DNA of 64,000 nucleotides, from the IMG/VR virus record IMGVR_UViG_3300037312_000757; one strand, given 5' to 3'. This DNA is from a virus. Taxonomy: Duplodnaviria > Heunggongvirae > Uroviricota > Caudoviricetes. This document shows positions 9,374 to 18,958 of the stretch, in pieces. The first letter of the stretch is position 1. Each line of letters opens with the position of its first letter. The notes under the pieces were generated by a model. The model was not told the DNA's origin and did no database searches. It worked only from the letters and a program-made list of their open reading frames with translations. Position numbers and translations under genes: made by a program.

Positions 9374-10450
9374 TTAAAATCTTTTTCTAGCTAGGTTAAT
9401 TTTCAGCTTGTTATCCGTTGCAGCGTCAATGATAGAACGTACCGTGTACAGTCTTCCATATGTATTCACTGCATCGTTGGCATCTTTAACACCAGCGTCC
9501 CATTCTGGGAGACTCACCATCCAGTTGTGTTCCAACGCAAGATCGATGAGCTTTTGACCAGCCTTATCGCGGTCGGGAAGAACGATAATTTGTTTCCCTG
9601 ATTGATTCAACCAGAATGCCTGTTGTTCTGATAGTTTTGCACCCTGTGTGGCAACGCCTTGGATTGCCAGTGCATCAAATACGCCTTCGACCAAGATTAT
9701 AAACTTGCGAGGCTTGTCTATCATAGAATTGTTAAAGAGGTAATGCGCTGGTACGTCTGAGTAATATTTTGGCTTCCCTTTCTTGACTAGGTCTTCATCA
9801 ATAAGTCGCCCTGACCATCCAACGAGTTTTTCTTTCCAGTAAAACGGCAGGATAACGCGCCGATTCATGAGGTGTTCTGTGTCCGGAGTCCAGTAATAAT
9901 CACTGGCGTTCCAAACCTCATCTCCGCGTGAGATGGCATATTGGGCAACTTCGAGAAAATCCAAACTAGTTTCACCAGCTTGCGCCCATTCTGAAATTGT
10001 CTTGGCGTTTTTGGGCAGTTGAACTTCGTCAAACGCAGGAACAAACACCGGACTTTCTGGTGTGAATGTCGTCTCTGCATTCTGCATGAGTTTCCACGCA
10101 GTGAAATTCAGTTTTTTCACTTCAAGATCGTTGATACCTAGATGTGAAAGAAAGTCTCTAACGTTGCGATTCAATGGCAATCCCGGAGACCAACGGGTTG
10201 CCAATCGACAGTTGAAGCAGTTAATAGCCAGGCTGCCACCAGGAAAGAAACGAATACCACAACGGTACTTTGTATCTGGTCTTGGTTCGCCTCGTGAAAC
10301 ACACATCGGACAATTGATATTGATACCGCCTTGTACTCGTTTTACAACACCAGGCAAGTTGGACTTGATTGCGTCTACGATGAAGTCGGGATCTTGATTG
10401 ACGACGGTGCCACTGTTTGCGAGTGCTGCTCTCAGCTCTTGCAAAGCCAT
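9374..10450 (-). CDS. DNA primase (T4 gp61/DnaG-like)
   Basis: Zn-binding CPMC...CFNC, TOPRIM VEGVFDA and PDRDKAG; GGAG RBS favours ATG 10450. Confidence 0.9.
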   Translation of the reverse strand: MALQELRAALANSGTVVNQDPDFIVDAIKSNLPGVVKRVQGGININCPMCVSRGEPRPDTKYRCGIRFFPGGSLAINCFNCRLATRWSPGLPLNRNVRDFLSHLGINDLEVKKLNFTAWKLMQNAETTFTPESPVFVPAFDEVQLPKNAKTISEWAQAGETSLDFLEVAQYAISRGDEVWNASDYYWTPDTEHLMNRRVILPFYWKEKLVGWSGRLIDEDLVKKGKPKYYSDVPAHYLFNNSMIDKPRKFIILVEGVFDALAIQGVATQGAKLSEQQAFWLNQSGKQIIVLPDRDKAGQKLIDLALEHNWMVSLPEWDAGVKDANDAVNTYGRLYTVRSIIDAATDNKLKINLARKRF

Positions 10451-10529
10451 TTTTACTCCGTGATTTTTATAGTTATAGAAGGCGATGGCCACCAATGTGG
10501 CCATCTTGTTGTTGATTGCCTATGCCAGC

Positions 10530-10558
10530 ATTGTATGGTGGCACTAACTTGGCATCAA
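10530..10558 (-). promoter_or_regulatory. Sigma70-like early promoter TTGATG-N17-TACAAT for primase/helicase
   Basis: 17-bp spacing, near-consensus boxes. Confidence 0.6.
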
Positions 10559-11379
10559 TTTTTAAGTAGAACTTGCGAAATGCTACCGTTGTTGTTCACT
10601 GGGGAAACGTACTGAATAAAACGAAGCCACATGTAACTTCCGACAAAAGAAAAATGCTTAATGCCAGTAAAGTTCGTAAAATTGAAGCTTGTGTCACCGG
10701 TATTTAAGGTAACATCAAACCATTGACTATCATCATTTGGTGGTGAATTCTCCAAGCTTGCTTGGACCCACAATGTACCAGTGAAGTTATTTGCGTAGAC
10801 AGCAATTGTCTGCAAACCTGAACGGTTATCTGATTGTGCGGCACCAGGATATTCCTGGGCTACCAAATATGAAGAGATGCTTGTGTCTGTCCCCCATGAT
10901 TGTGCAGTAAACGCATCAGGCGTCAGCACAACAGCCTTCTGTGGTTGGGGGAGGGGACCCTCTTGGAACTCAAAGTATCCCTGCACCACGCGTGATTTGT
11001 CGACGTACAGCATTGTTTCTTTGCCGTTGGCATCGGTTACTGAAATACTGTACCCGAAATACCCGGCAACCCACTCAGCAGTGTCTTGCTTCAACAGAGT
11101 AAGGCGGCAATGGCCACGAGTAGGGTTGACGATTGTCAAAACTGGGTTCGTAATGGACATCAGCTTTTGGGCCTGTTGGTCAACAATGTAAATAGTTACT
11201 GTCAGGTTTGTAAGGTTGACTGGCTTGTTGTCCCAATCTTTGATCAAAAACTCAACGTCATTATCGACATGCTTGAATGCATTAAAGTCGGTGCGGTTAA
11301 TAACCGTAGCCACCGAAACGGCATTAGGCTTTGAGACTTGAATGACTTGAGGAAATTGGTATAGGTTGACGTTTGCCAT
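10555..11379 (-). CDS. Putative virion protein (beta-rich, baseplate-upper-like N-domain)
   Basis: TATAAATA at 11412-11405; PVNLTNLTVTIYI...G.Y.YSI pattern. Confidence 0.55.
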   Translation of the reverse strand: MANVNLYQFPQVIQVSKPNAVSVATVINRTDFNAFKHVDNDVEFLIKDWDNKPVNLTNLTVTIYIVDQQAQKLMSITNPVLTIVNPTRGHCRLTLLKQDTAEWVAGYFGYSISVTDANGKETMLYVDKSRVVQGYFEFQEGPLPQPQKAVVLTPDAFTAQSWGTDTSISSYLVAQEYPGAAQSDNRSGLQTIAVYANNFTGTLWVQASLENSPPNDDSQWFDVTLNTGDTSFNFTNFTGIKHFSFVGSYMWLRFIQYVSPVNNNGSISQVLLKN

Positions 11380-11482
11380 GTACAGATGTCCTTGTAGGTA
11401 GGAATATTTATAACCTGCGGCTTACAAGGATATTAAGATTCATGTGGCATAAATACCTGCAACACTTTGTAAATAACCGTTC

Positions 11483-11869
11483 ATGAACGAAAATATCTCA
11501 AAAATCCTAGAAGCATTTCCCTTTCTGAGCTACGGCCAGTTTGATGAGCGGGAGTACATCGGTATCATTCAAAACAGCGACAACAGCCTGTTGTCAATGT
11601 ATGTCTTGGACATGATCCCAGACGAATCACTTCGACTACAGTTCTTGAAGTATGGTGAGGAATGGTGGTGGGGCAGTAATCGCCAGATTCCTATCAACAT
11701 CTTCTTCAAGGAGCAGTTTCTGATTTTCCGTCCGTACTTGCGTCATTTCAGCAGAAAGGACTTCAACTTAGTATCAGGCCACGCAGTTAGCCTGCAAGAG
11801 ACGATATCACGACGCATTCGCAAGCGTCAGATCACGTTAGTTCGCAAATTGCCAGCAGATCAAAAATGA
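11483..11869 (+). CDS. Hypothetical protein
   Basis: Divergent gene with TAAATA 7 nt before ATG. Confidence 0.7.
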   Translation: MNENISKILEAFPFLSYGQFDEREYIGIIQNSDNSLLSMYVLDMIPDESLRLQFLKYGEEWWWGSNRQIPINIFFKEQFLIFRPYLRHFSRKDFNLVSGHAVSLQETISRRIRKRQITLVRKLPADQK

Positions 11870-11870
11870 A

Positions 11871-12113
11871 TTAGTAAGCCCAGGTGAGCTTAAACATCAG
11901 GGCTTCTAATTCATCATTAAATGCAAAGGCAATGCTGGTGGGGAGTTCTAGTCCCGACAAAACCTGCAAATTCCACTCAGTGCAGTTCGCACAACACCAA
12001 GAATAAATCACCGCAAGTTCTTTTAGAGTATTGACTCGTGTAAGTACCACTCTATGCTTCAACGACGCAAAGGGCGGAAGCTTGGGGAATGGTATCACAC
12101 ATAAATCGCTCAT
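11871..12113 (-). CDS. Small paralog family A
   Basis: C-terminus FAFNDELEALMFKLTW. Confidence 0.7.
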   Translation of the reverse strand: MSDLCVIPFPKLPPFASLKHRVVLTRVNTLKELAVIYSWCCANCTEWNLQVLSGLELPTSIAFAFNDELEALMFKLTWAY

Positions 12114-12571
12114 GACCAGAGCAATTTGAATGCAACGGCAATAGTAGGATTGTCAAAGGAAAAGTGGATACTGACGTCATGAACAGAATGTGGTTCAATA
12201 GTCAGAGACCATTTACCACCATTCTCTTCACACATATCAGCGCACCATTCGGCCTGCTTTTGCACGACAGCGTTAAAGGTAGCGAATTCCATGCAAGCAT
12301 AAACTGGCAATGGCTTTCGTATATCGAGGCGAACAGATGCTTGAAGTTCAAGAGAGTCTTGAACGTAGTTGACGAAGCGACCAAGGTTTAGTCGCTTCTC
12401 GTGATCATAAAGGGGAAAAAGACGTAGCGTGTACAACACTTCGTTGCCACGCATGACTTCAGAACAAACCCACGGCTGACGATAGCCATCTGGAATGACA
12501 CAAATTTGTGTTGTCACGCTCTTTAATCTTTCGTCATTCGCTACCACTGCTTTCCAACGCCTGTTCGACAA
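12110..12571 (-). CDS. Small paralog family A
   Basis: C-terminus FSFDNPTIAVAFKLLW. Confidence 0.7.
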   Translation of the reverse strand: MSNRRWKAVVANDERLKSVTTQICVIPDGYRQPWVCSEVMRGNEVLYTLRLFPLYDHEKRLNLGRFVNYVQDSLELQASVRLDIRKPLPVYACMEFATFNAVVQKQAEWCADMCEENGGKWSLTIEPHSVHDVSIHFSFDNPTIAVAFKLLWS

Positions 12572-13121
12572 TGAGATTCATCTGAACGACTAATGTCACA
12601 GCATAAGCCACGGCATGGGCGCGCTTGAAATGGTACGCACCATCAGTTGGCGGCACCCAAATTTCCTGATCAATCTCGGTTCTACTTTTATTTAGTAGGT
12701 GACGTTTACCAGGACGAATCAATGCCAAACATACAGCCAAGTCCATAACACTTCGGGGCTTGATTGTATCAACAATGTCAAAGTGGCCACGAACGTGTGC
12801 CAGCATATCGACAAAATCTGGTGTGCAAAGCAGATCCCAAACAGGCTCGCGCGAGCGAAGCTCTTCGAGATGTTCACCATCACGCACACCACTGTAAATG
12901 GTGTTGTTCAAGAAGTCTAGCTTGATGTAACCAAGCTTTTCAGCTTCTTGATAAGGAATACTAGCCAGCTCAGTAAACGGATTGATGGGAATGTTCTGAA
13001 AATATACGCCACTGTTATGGCGTACAAATTCACCATTCTTTTCAATAGCAGCCGGAATATGAGCAAGCTGTGCCAATGCGAGATCCCGATTGGCAAAGTC
13101 CATGTCAATGTCCGTGCTCAT
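12534..13121 (-). CDS. Miniature DNA polymerase III alpha (DnaE)-like protein
   Basis: DIDMDF, HNSGVYF, KLDFL, KPRSVMDLAVCLALIRPG and FKRAHAVAYA are collinear with the DnaE motifs PDFDVDF, HAGGVVI, KFDFL, EDMIALVALFRPG and FNKSHSAAYA. Confidence 0.85.
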   Translation of the reverse strand: MSTDIDMDFANRDLALAQLAHIPAAIEKNGEFVRHNSGVYFQNIPINPFTELASIPYQEAEKLGYIKLDFLNNTIYSGVRDGEHLEELRSREPVWDLLCTPDFVDMLAHVRGHFDIVDTIKPRSVMDLAVCLALIRPGKRHLLNKSRTEIDQEIWVPPTDGAYHFKRAHAVAYAVTLVVQMNLIVEQALESSGSE

Positions 13122-13600
13122 TACTTGTCCGTGTTGTCGACAACCACTGAGAAGGTTGGTTTTGGTTTATCTGGTTGTTCGTTTGTGCGAACAGCCATCA
13201 TGCTCATAGTGAACTCATAGCTGCAATCGAGATCACCAGTGCGGATGATCTTCACTGTATCAATGTGACCATATTCGCAACGTTCTTCCAAGCACAAAAC
13301 CAAACCCATGATCATGCGATGAAAACTCGCAACCGTTGGGTTTGTCATGTCTTCTTGTTCTTCTGGAGGAAGTGAATCCAGTGAACGGAAATTTGTAGCT
13401 AGGATCAGTTGCCAATGCAGAGGATCAAGATCACCCCACTTCGTGCAACCAGCAAACATGTCAACTTCATGGCTGAGATCAACCAACAGTGCATCTTCAC
13501 GATCCCACGCGTCAATCACTTCGGAGAAGTCTTCACTCTTGAAGAACAAGCATGAACGAATGTTTTTCGTGTAATCGGTAATATAGCAAGAAGTAGCCAT
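13121..13600 (-). CDS. Hypothetical protein
   Basis: Translationally coupled on both sides. Confidence 0.7.
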   Translation of the reverse strand: MATSCYITDYTKNIRSCLFFKSEDFSEVIDAWDREDALLVDLSHEVDMFAGCTKWGDLDPLHWQLILATNFRSLDSLPPEEQEDMTNPTVASFHRMIMGLVLCLEERCEYGHIDTVKIIRTGDLDCSYEFTMSMMAVRTNEQPDKPKPTFSVVVDNTDK

Positions 13601-13920
13601 CAGAAAGGTTTGTCCAATTTGTTATCGAGTTGTGATTCGAGGTTGCTCACAGCTCTTATTAGTTGGTTCAATGATACTACCAATCTACGGTTTGCGTTAT
13701 TTGCATTTTTGAGCTGACGCTCAAGGATGGCAATACGGTGTTCCAATATTTTGGTGTATGCAACAGTTGGAACAGTTGCAGTGGCCTCGCCCACTTTGAT
13801 AGCTACCATTCCACCACCTGCGTTCTCTAGCGCAGTTTCAACTTCTTCCGGCTCTTCTACATCCAGTTCCGCATCTTCTTCAATTGATGCGTACATAGCC
13901 GCTCGTTGTTCAGGAGTCAT
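13600..13920 (-). CDS. Hypothetical coiled-coil protein
   Basis: GGAGG RBS, heptad C-terminus. Confidence 0.7.
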   Translation of the reverse strand: MTPEQRAAMYASIEEDAELDVEEPEEVETALENAGGGMVAIKVGEATATVPTVAYTKILEHRIAILERQLKNANNANRRLVVSLNQLIRAVSNLESQLDNKLDKPF

Positions 13921-14729
13921 TAAACACCTGCCTCCTTCAAAAGATCTTTGATGAACTTAAAGTCATCTTGTTGTTGCTCAAACTTGCGTGTCCAAAACCG
14001 CGGATCAACACTTTGTTCGATCATCTTCAGCTGTTCATCACTAAGACGCTCAAATAGCTGCTCAGATGTTGTTGCTGCGTACAGCACCCACGGACTTACA
14101 CGGCCCCCTTGGATCCACTTTGTGGCAAGCCCCGGGCTGATCTTCTTGAAGAAGTCGTTCCAGTCTTCACCAGTGTCCATTGACCATTGCTGCATCAGCA
14201 GCACATTGCGCTCAAATGCCGCATCAGCTGGCTCACGCTTGTTCAGTTCACGAATGTATTGTTCATAGACGAAAGGCTTTTCCCAATTCTTCATGGGGAC
14301 CTGCGCCTTGAGGAGGAATTCAACAAACGCTTCTGGGTTTATCGCATTGATGTCAAGTATGTACCGACCAAACTTTACGAATGCAGTGTAGTGACTGCTT
14401 TTCATGAAATCGTCATATGTACGCGGCTTGGCATTTCGATAGTTCATGTCATAAAACTTCTTGAAGATCATGAACGCGACCTTGACATACTTCTCGTCTC
14501 GGTTTAGCCATCTTTGTTTGTTTACGCAAAGATGGACAGTAAAAGAACTTTCTCGTGAGAAAGTCTTTTTGCAGAACTCACATTCAAGCTTTGGCTTTTC
14601 GCTTGCTGGTTCCACTTGCTCTTTCTTTTTTCGGGGCGCTCGTGCCGTTTTCGGCGTCGTACTGCTTGAGGAGTTCTTTGAGTTCTTCGTCGCTTGCGCC
14701 GGTTGATTTAACAAACTGCTCGAATCCAT
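13920..14729 (-). CDS. Zinc-finger (CxxC...HxC) protein
   Basis: CEFCKKTFSRESSFTVHLC; start uncertain (146-nt overlap with upstream gene). Confidence 0.7.
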   Translation of the reverse strand: MDSSSLLNQPAQATKNSKNSSSSTTPKTARAPRKKKEQVEPASEKPKLECEFCKKTFSRESSFTVHLCVNKQRWLNRDEKYVKVAFMIFKKFYDMNYRNAKPRTYDDFMKSSHYTAFVKFGRYILDINAINPEAFVEFLLKAQVPMKNWEKPFVYEQYIRELNKREPADAAFERNVLLMQQWSMDTGEDWNDFFKKISPGLATKWIQGGRVSPWVLYAATTSEQLFERLSDEQLKMIEQSVDPRFWTRKFEQQQDDFKFIKDLLKEAGV

Positions 14730-15129
14730 CTCTGTTCATTCCTGACATAATAATTCCAAGTTCCATATCGTTGGCACTTGGATACCATCGCAGCATAAAC
14801 TCTGCGATCTTGCCGATCTTCTTGCGCTTGGCCATTGGAATCCATGAGTGGCGCATTTTTACACCACTACCTGCTAATGCCATTAGCTTCCATTGTAACT
14901 CTGGGTGATCTCGCAAGGACCAAAAATCGACGTTGACAATACCATTCACCATCATTATATAGTAATCTTTATACGGTGAACTATCGGGAACAGCACTCAT
15001 CCAACGCATTGCCACAAGTGGCGAAAATTGTTTCTGCAGCTCTGGCTCAAGTTTGGCATAGAAGTCCATGTTCTTGAGGTCTGCATTTGCCATCTCGTCG
15101 AAGATGTCTAGCTTTGGTGTTTCGCTCAT
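14584..15129 (-). CDS. Putative clamp-loader small subunit (T4 gp62-like)
   Basis: FSPLVAMRWMS...N...HPELQW...RHSWIP pattern recalls gp62-like proteins; replication cluster. Confidence 0.5.
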   Translation of the reverse strand: MSETPKLDIFDEMANADLKNMDFYAKLEPELQKQFSPLVAMRWMSAVPDSSPYKDYYIMMVNGIVNVDFWSLRDHPELQWKLMALAGSGVKMRHSWIPMAKRKKIGKIAEFMLRWYPSANDMELGIIMSGMNRDGFEQFVKSTGASDEELKELLKQYDAENGTSAPKKERASGTSKRKAKA

Positions 15130-15162
15130 TATCTTTGTATCTTTTGAGATCTATGATAAATA

Positions 15163-15267
15163 TTTTTGTAGGGGAAAACAAATCCCCAAATGATTTTTAC
15201 CTGAGTCTCCCCAAACGCACAGGTCAGTGAGCCCGATGAGGAATTGTTTCTCATCGGGCTTTCTTTT
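15163..15267 (+). ncRNA. Candidate ~100-nt late small RNA
   Basis: TAAATA at 15157-15162, two hairpins, then a plus-oriented terminator; no substantial ORF. Confidence 0.45.
15230..15267 (+). terminator. Intrinsic terminator AGCCCGATGAG...CTCATCGGGCT-TTCTTTT
   Basis: 11-bp stem, U-tract on the + strand only. Confidence 0.75.
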
Positions 15268-15766
15268 AGACGATCTTTGTGATGTCTAATACGTCAGGCA
15301 GCTTGTTTGTGTCTTTCACGAAATAGACACAGAGTGGTGAATCACCATCCTCAACAGGCACAGCCAGAATATGACCGTACTTGAGTTTAGGGAAATACCA
15401 ATTCACATCTGGGAAGATGTTCAAGATGGTGATATCCAAGAAGTGTGGCATATAGCCATTAATTGGATTCATAGCAAACGCCGTAAATTCACGGTCGTTG
15501 ATATTCTTCAGTTCCAAGATCTCCATTGCACCGCTAATCTTGTCAACAATCATGATTGACCAATCAAGTGGCATTTGGATACGATACGGCCCGAGTTGCA
15601 AGTCTGCGGCAGGACGTGGAAAGTTATCCAAAAAGATCAAAGGAATGAAGAAAAAGTCAACGTCCTGCTGATTGCTGTAATCCAACACACAGTATCGGAG
15701 ATCATCCACCTCATCAGGGATCTCGTTCATATCGAACGATTTGTTTTCGGGTAGAAGTATTCTCAT
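15266..15766 (-). CDS. Hypothetical beta-rich protein downstream of uvsW
   Basis: ATGA-type overlap with uvsW. Confidence 0.75.
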   Translation of the reverse strand: MRILLPENKSFDMNEIPDEVDDLRYCVLDYSNQQDVDFFFIPLIFLDNFPRPAADLQLGPYRIQMPLDWSIMIVDKISGAMEILELKNINDREFTAFAMNPINGYMPHFLDITILNIFPDVNWYFPKLKYGHILAVPVEDGDSPLCVYFVKDTNKLPDVLDITKIV

Positions 15767-17280
15767 TTCTTTTTCTTTAAAATAAGTGAATCGCCGTCCA
15801 CATCTTGAAGGTATTTCACCTTCGTGGTTTGATATGGATAATTCGCATCCTTGTAGTAGGACTTACGCTTCGACAGATGCTTCGTACTATACTTGAGTGT
15901 GCTGGTAATGTCGAAAATCGCGACATAATCTTTGTCCTTGGCCTTACGAATACCACGACCAATACTTTGAATCACACGCACAAAACTCTTACCGGGTTCA
16001 ACTAACACCAAGTTAAAGATACGAGGAATGTTAATACCCACCGCAGCAACACCATATGTTGCAATGATGATCTTATTGGATGACGTATTTACTTCATCAT
16101 ACTGCTCAAAACGTTCTGAGTTCTTGGTTTGGCCATACACAAACACGCTGTCAGGGATGAGTGCCTTCAGCATATGTCCAGTTTCAACCTTCGCCACCAG
16201 AATCAAAGTGTTACCGTCAGCGTTTACAGTCTGAGCAAATTTGGCTACCCACTCCATGCGTCGCTTGTCTGACACTAGGTAATCATGCTCTTCAGCATAT
16301 GAACTATGCTCGACATGGTCGTCGTCAAGTTGAACGATATTGATATCGCATTTTGACAACACGCCCTTTTCTTGCAGTTCTGCCGCTGTGATATGCCCCA
16401 CAACGTCACCAAGACCGACCTTCAAGCTGACCTTGTCCATTTCGTCTTTAGGGACAGTGCCAGTAACACCCCAACGCAAGGGAACACGCGCCAGAGGGCC
16501 AGTAAGCAATGTTTTCAGATCATTTGACTTTGCTGAGTGAACTTCGTCAACGATAACCGCGACCATGCCTTCCAGGAATTCGCCGATAGTGTATTCGTCA
16601 GCTTCACCGGCGGCGGTCTTCTTCATCAGTGCAGCAAGTGACTGCCATGTTGAGATAGTATGAGTTTTGTTCAGTTCCTTGCGCTCACCGTAGTAAACAC
16701 CAACATCCAATCCCATGTTGCGATAGTCAATTTCAGTTTGTACAACTAATGACTTAGATGGGACGATGACAATAGAACGGCCATACTTCTCGGCCATCAA
16801 ACTCAGAACCGCAGTCAACAGGGTCTTGCCGGCACCAGTTGAAATTTCTTGGATGCAAGCATGGTTTTTCAGAAACGTATTGATAGCTCCGACTTGATAG
16901 TCACGAACCATAATAGGCTCACCTTCGGCTGGGTGACCCTTTGGCCAGCAGCGTTCGGAAACCACAAACTCGTCAATCTCATCAAATTCGAAGTCCCAAA
17001 CTGGTCGTTCGTCGATAATTTCGAGATCACGTTCGAGATCGTAGCCATTCTCTGCCAGGATTGGCAGAATACGATCCAGCAAATTGAGGTATGATGCACC
17101 ACCTACAGTAGCGAAGCTGACTGTGCCGTCCCAACGACCCAGCTTGTAAGCTGGCGTGTGACGTGCGTGTGGCATGAAATACTTGAGACCTTCTACAATC
17201 TTTCTTCGGGTATGGGGATCAAGATCAACAAACTTGATATTGACCTCATCCTCGATTTTCAAGATTACCTTTTGTGACAT
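15763..17280 (-). CDS. uvsW: UvsW-like SF2 DNA helicase
   Basis: RDYQ, STGAGKT, DEVH, GVTGT, GINIP, QSIGRGIR. Confidence 0.92.
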   Translation of the reverse strand: MSQKVILKIEDEVNIKFVDLDPHTRRKIVEGLKYFMPHARHTPAYKLGRWDGTVSFATVGGASYLNLLDRILPILAENGYDLERDLEIIDERPVWDFEFDEIDEFVVSERCWPKGHPAEGEPIMVRDYQVGAINTFLKNHACIQEISTGAGKTLLTAVLSLMAEKYGRSIVIVPSKSLVVQTEIDYRNMGLDVGVYYGERKELNKTHTISTWQSLAALMKKTAAGEADEYTIGEFLEGMVAVIVDEVHSAKSNDLKTLLTGPLARVPLRWGVTGTVPKDEMDKVSLKVGLGDVVGHITAAELQEKGVLSKCDINIVQLDDDHVEHSSYAEEHDYLVSDKRRMEWVAKFAQTVNADGNTLILVAKVETGHMLKALIPDSVFVYGQTKNSERFEQYDEVNTSSNKIIIATYGVAAVGINIPRIFNLVLVEPGKSFVRVIQSIGRGIRKAKDKDYVAIFDITSTLKYSTKHLSKRKSYYKDANYPYQTTKVKYLQDVDGDSLILKKKK

Positions 17281-17410
17281 TCTTGTTGTAATTTTGCCTG
17301 AAAGACTGGTTTATTCCAGTTCTTATGGACAGGTATTTTACAACCAGCTATTCACTTTCAGCAAAATGTAAAAGGCCCCACAATGCGTGGGGCTCGTCTA
17401 CAACAAGAAT

Positions 17411-18259
17411 TTACTTGATGAGGTCTGTGTAGATGTTCAGCAGTGGTGCCAGCCTGTTAGGTGTAATGGTTAGGAAGCCGGCGTTCTGGAGAGTTTTGTT
17501 GCTTCCCTGATCAAAGAACGTATGGAACTCAGTGTCAGGGAACATTGCAGGAAATGCTTGAATGAAGTTTCGTGTGTCATGCCACTCAAGCTTCCGTTCG
17601 CGGAAATAAGGATCGTTGTTGAAGCGATGAACGAAAGTATTCATCGCCATGCCGATGATCAAGTGCTTGAATTCATACCCAAGCATGTTGTAGTCAACCA
17701 GCCGATCACTCTCTTTCACCTTATCAGTGTAAAATTGAAAATGCTGAGTAGCAACAACACCCGATTGATTGACGCAGATTCCGTGCCGTAGTGCGCGAAG
17801 TGCTTGGTGTGTCAACTTGCCAGGAGTAGCGATCACGATGTCTTCAGTCAAGCCGGTGAAGTTTTCTTCGAGCTCTTGGTACTTGATGTTCGCCTGAGTG
17901 AGAAAATTCTTCACAGCGTTGATGCTATTGGACTTGCCGTCCGATGTAAGGAACGTAATCGGTTTCAAGCCACTAGCCAGTGCTGTCAACAGCATCACAC
18001 TGAGCATATCGTACTGCGTCTTAGCAAAGACCATACAGCGCCAGTCGCAATCCGCAGCGTATTCGATAGCGGGACGCAACTCGTCAGTAGCAAGCGTGGC
18101 AAGGTCGGCTGGTAGCGTTTTGTAGAAGCTTTTGGTGTCGAACACTTCAAGCTTCGCAAGATCAGCGACCACCGGGTCGATATTGATGTTCATCATCGAA
18201 CTGTAGCGCATGAGCTTGCGAGCATTCGCCGGCGTTGGTACTACTTCAAAAGTATTCAT
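17411..18259 (-). CDS. Hypothetical protein
   Basis: 282-aa ORF coupled to upstream gene; hairpin at about 17374-17394. Confidence 0.7.
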   Translation of the reverse strand: MNTFEVVPTPANARKLMRYSSMMNINIDPVVADLAKLEVFDTKSFYKTLPADLATLATDELRPAIEYAADCDWRCMVFAKTQYDMLSVMLLTALASGLKPITFLTSDGKSNSINAVKNFLTQANIKYQELEENFTGLTEDIVIATPGKLTHQALRALRHGICVNQSGVVATQHFQFYTDKVKESDRLVDYNMLGYEFKHLIIGMAMNTFVHRFNNDPYFRERKLEWHDTRNFIQAFPAMFPDTEFHTFFDQGSNKTLQNAGFLTITPNRLAPLLNIYTDLIK

Positions 18260-18903
18260 ACGGCTTCACCACCCATCGTTGCTTCGACCATTTGAGCCAA
18301 AAAGACATTGTTCGGGATTGTAACACGAAGGTTGCCAGTCTCGTTGTCATACGTGACTGTGGGCACCTTGTCCCGTTGCTGGGTGACTTTCATGAAGTAT
18401 TCGAGAACCGCATGATCGTATGCAAACTTGTGCCGCTTGATCAACGACTGGATGGCTTCAACATTTCCACTGGTGACTGACGCAACCCAGACACGACACT
18501 TCTTGTTGAAGTAAGGGCGTTCTTTGTTGTTGCGGTTCTTCAGCGCTTTGAGATCTACGACGACCGTTTGGTCGAGCTTGAAGCGAAATGCGATTTTGTT
18601 ACCACCCAAGTATCGCACTTCGCGAGGAATGTTCTGACTTTGCCAGACAGGCCGCTGATAGGCAGGGTTGCTGATTGCCTGTTGGATCTCTGCAACTTGC
18701 TTGCCTAGCACCTTCACCAAATGACTAGCATGCTGATTGGCTAATTTGAGAATCACTTGAGATTGAGCGGTTGACAATGCACGGCCACCGTAAGCAACGG
18801 TGTCATGCACGTTCATGATGAAGTTGCTCTTCCACGGATCCTTCTCGTGGCCGGTCAATACGAGATCGTTCAGCCCAGACAGCAAATTCTCTACGGTTAG
18901 CAT
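18256..18903 (-). CDS. Hypothetical protein (possible HARP-like segment)
   Basis: FRFKLDQTVVVDLKALK...FNKKCRVW; AGGA RBS and sigma70-like promoter upstream. Confidence 0.65.
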   Translation of the reverse strand: MLTVENLLSGLNDLVLTGHEKDPWKSNFIMNVHDTVAYGGRALSTAQSQVILKLANQHASHLVKVLGKQVAEIQQAISNPAYQRPVWQSQNIPREVRYLGGNKIAFRFKLDQTVVVDLKALKNRNNKERPYFNKKCRVWVASVTSGNVEAIQSLIKRHKFAYDHAVLEYFMKVTQQRDKVPTVTYDNETGNLRVTIPNNVFLAQMVEATMGGEAV

Positions 18904-18958
18904 ACGTGTTTCCTAAAGTATGCCAAAGTATAACGCAATATTCTAACTGGCAACAAGA

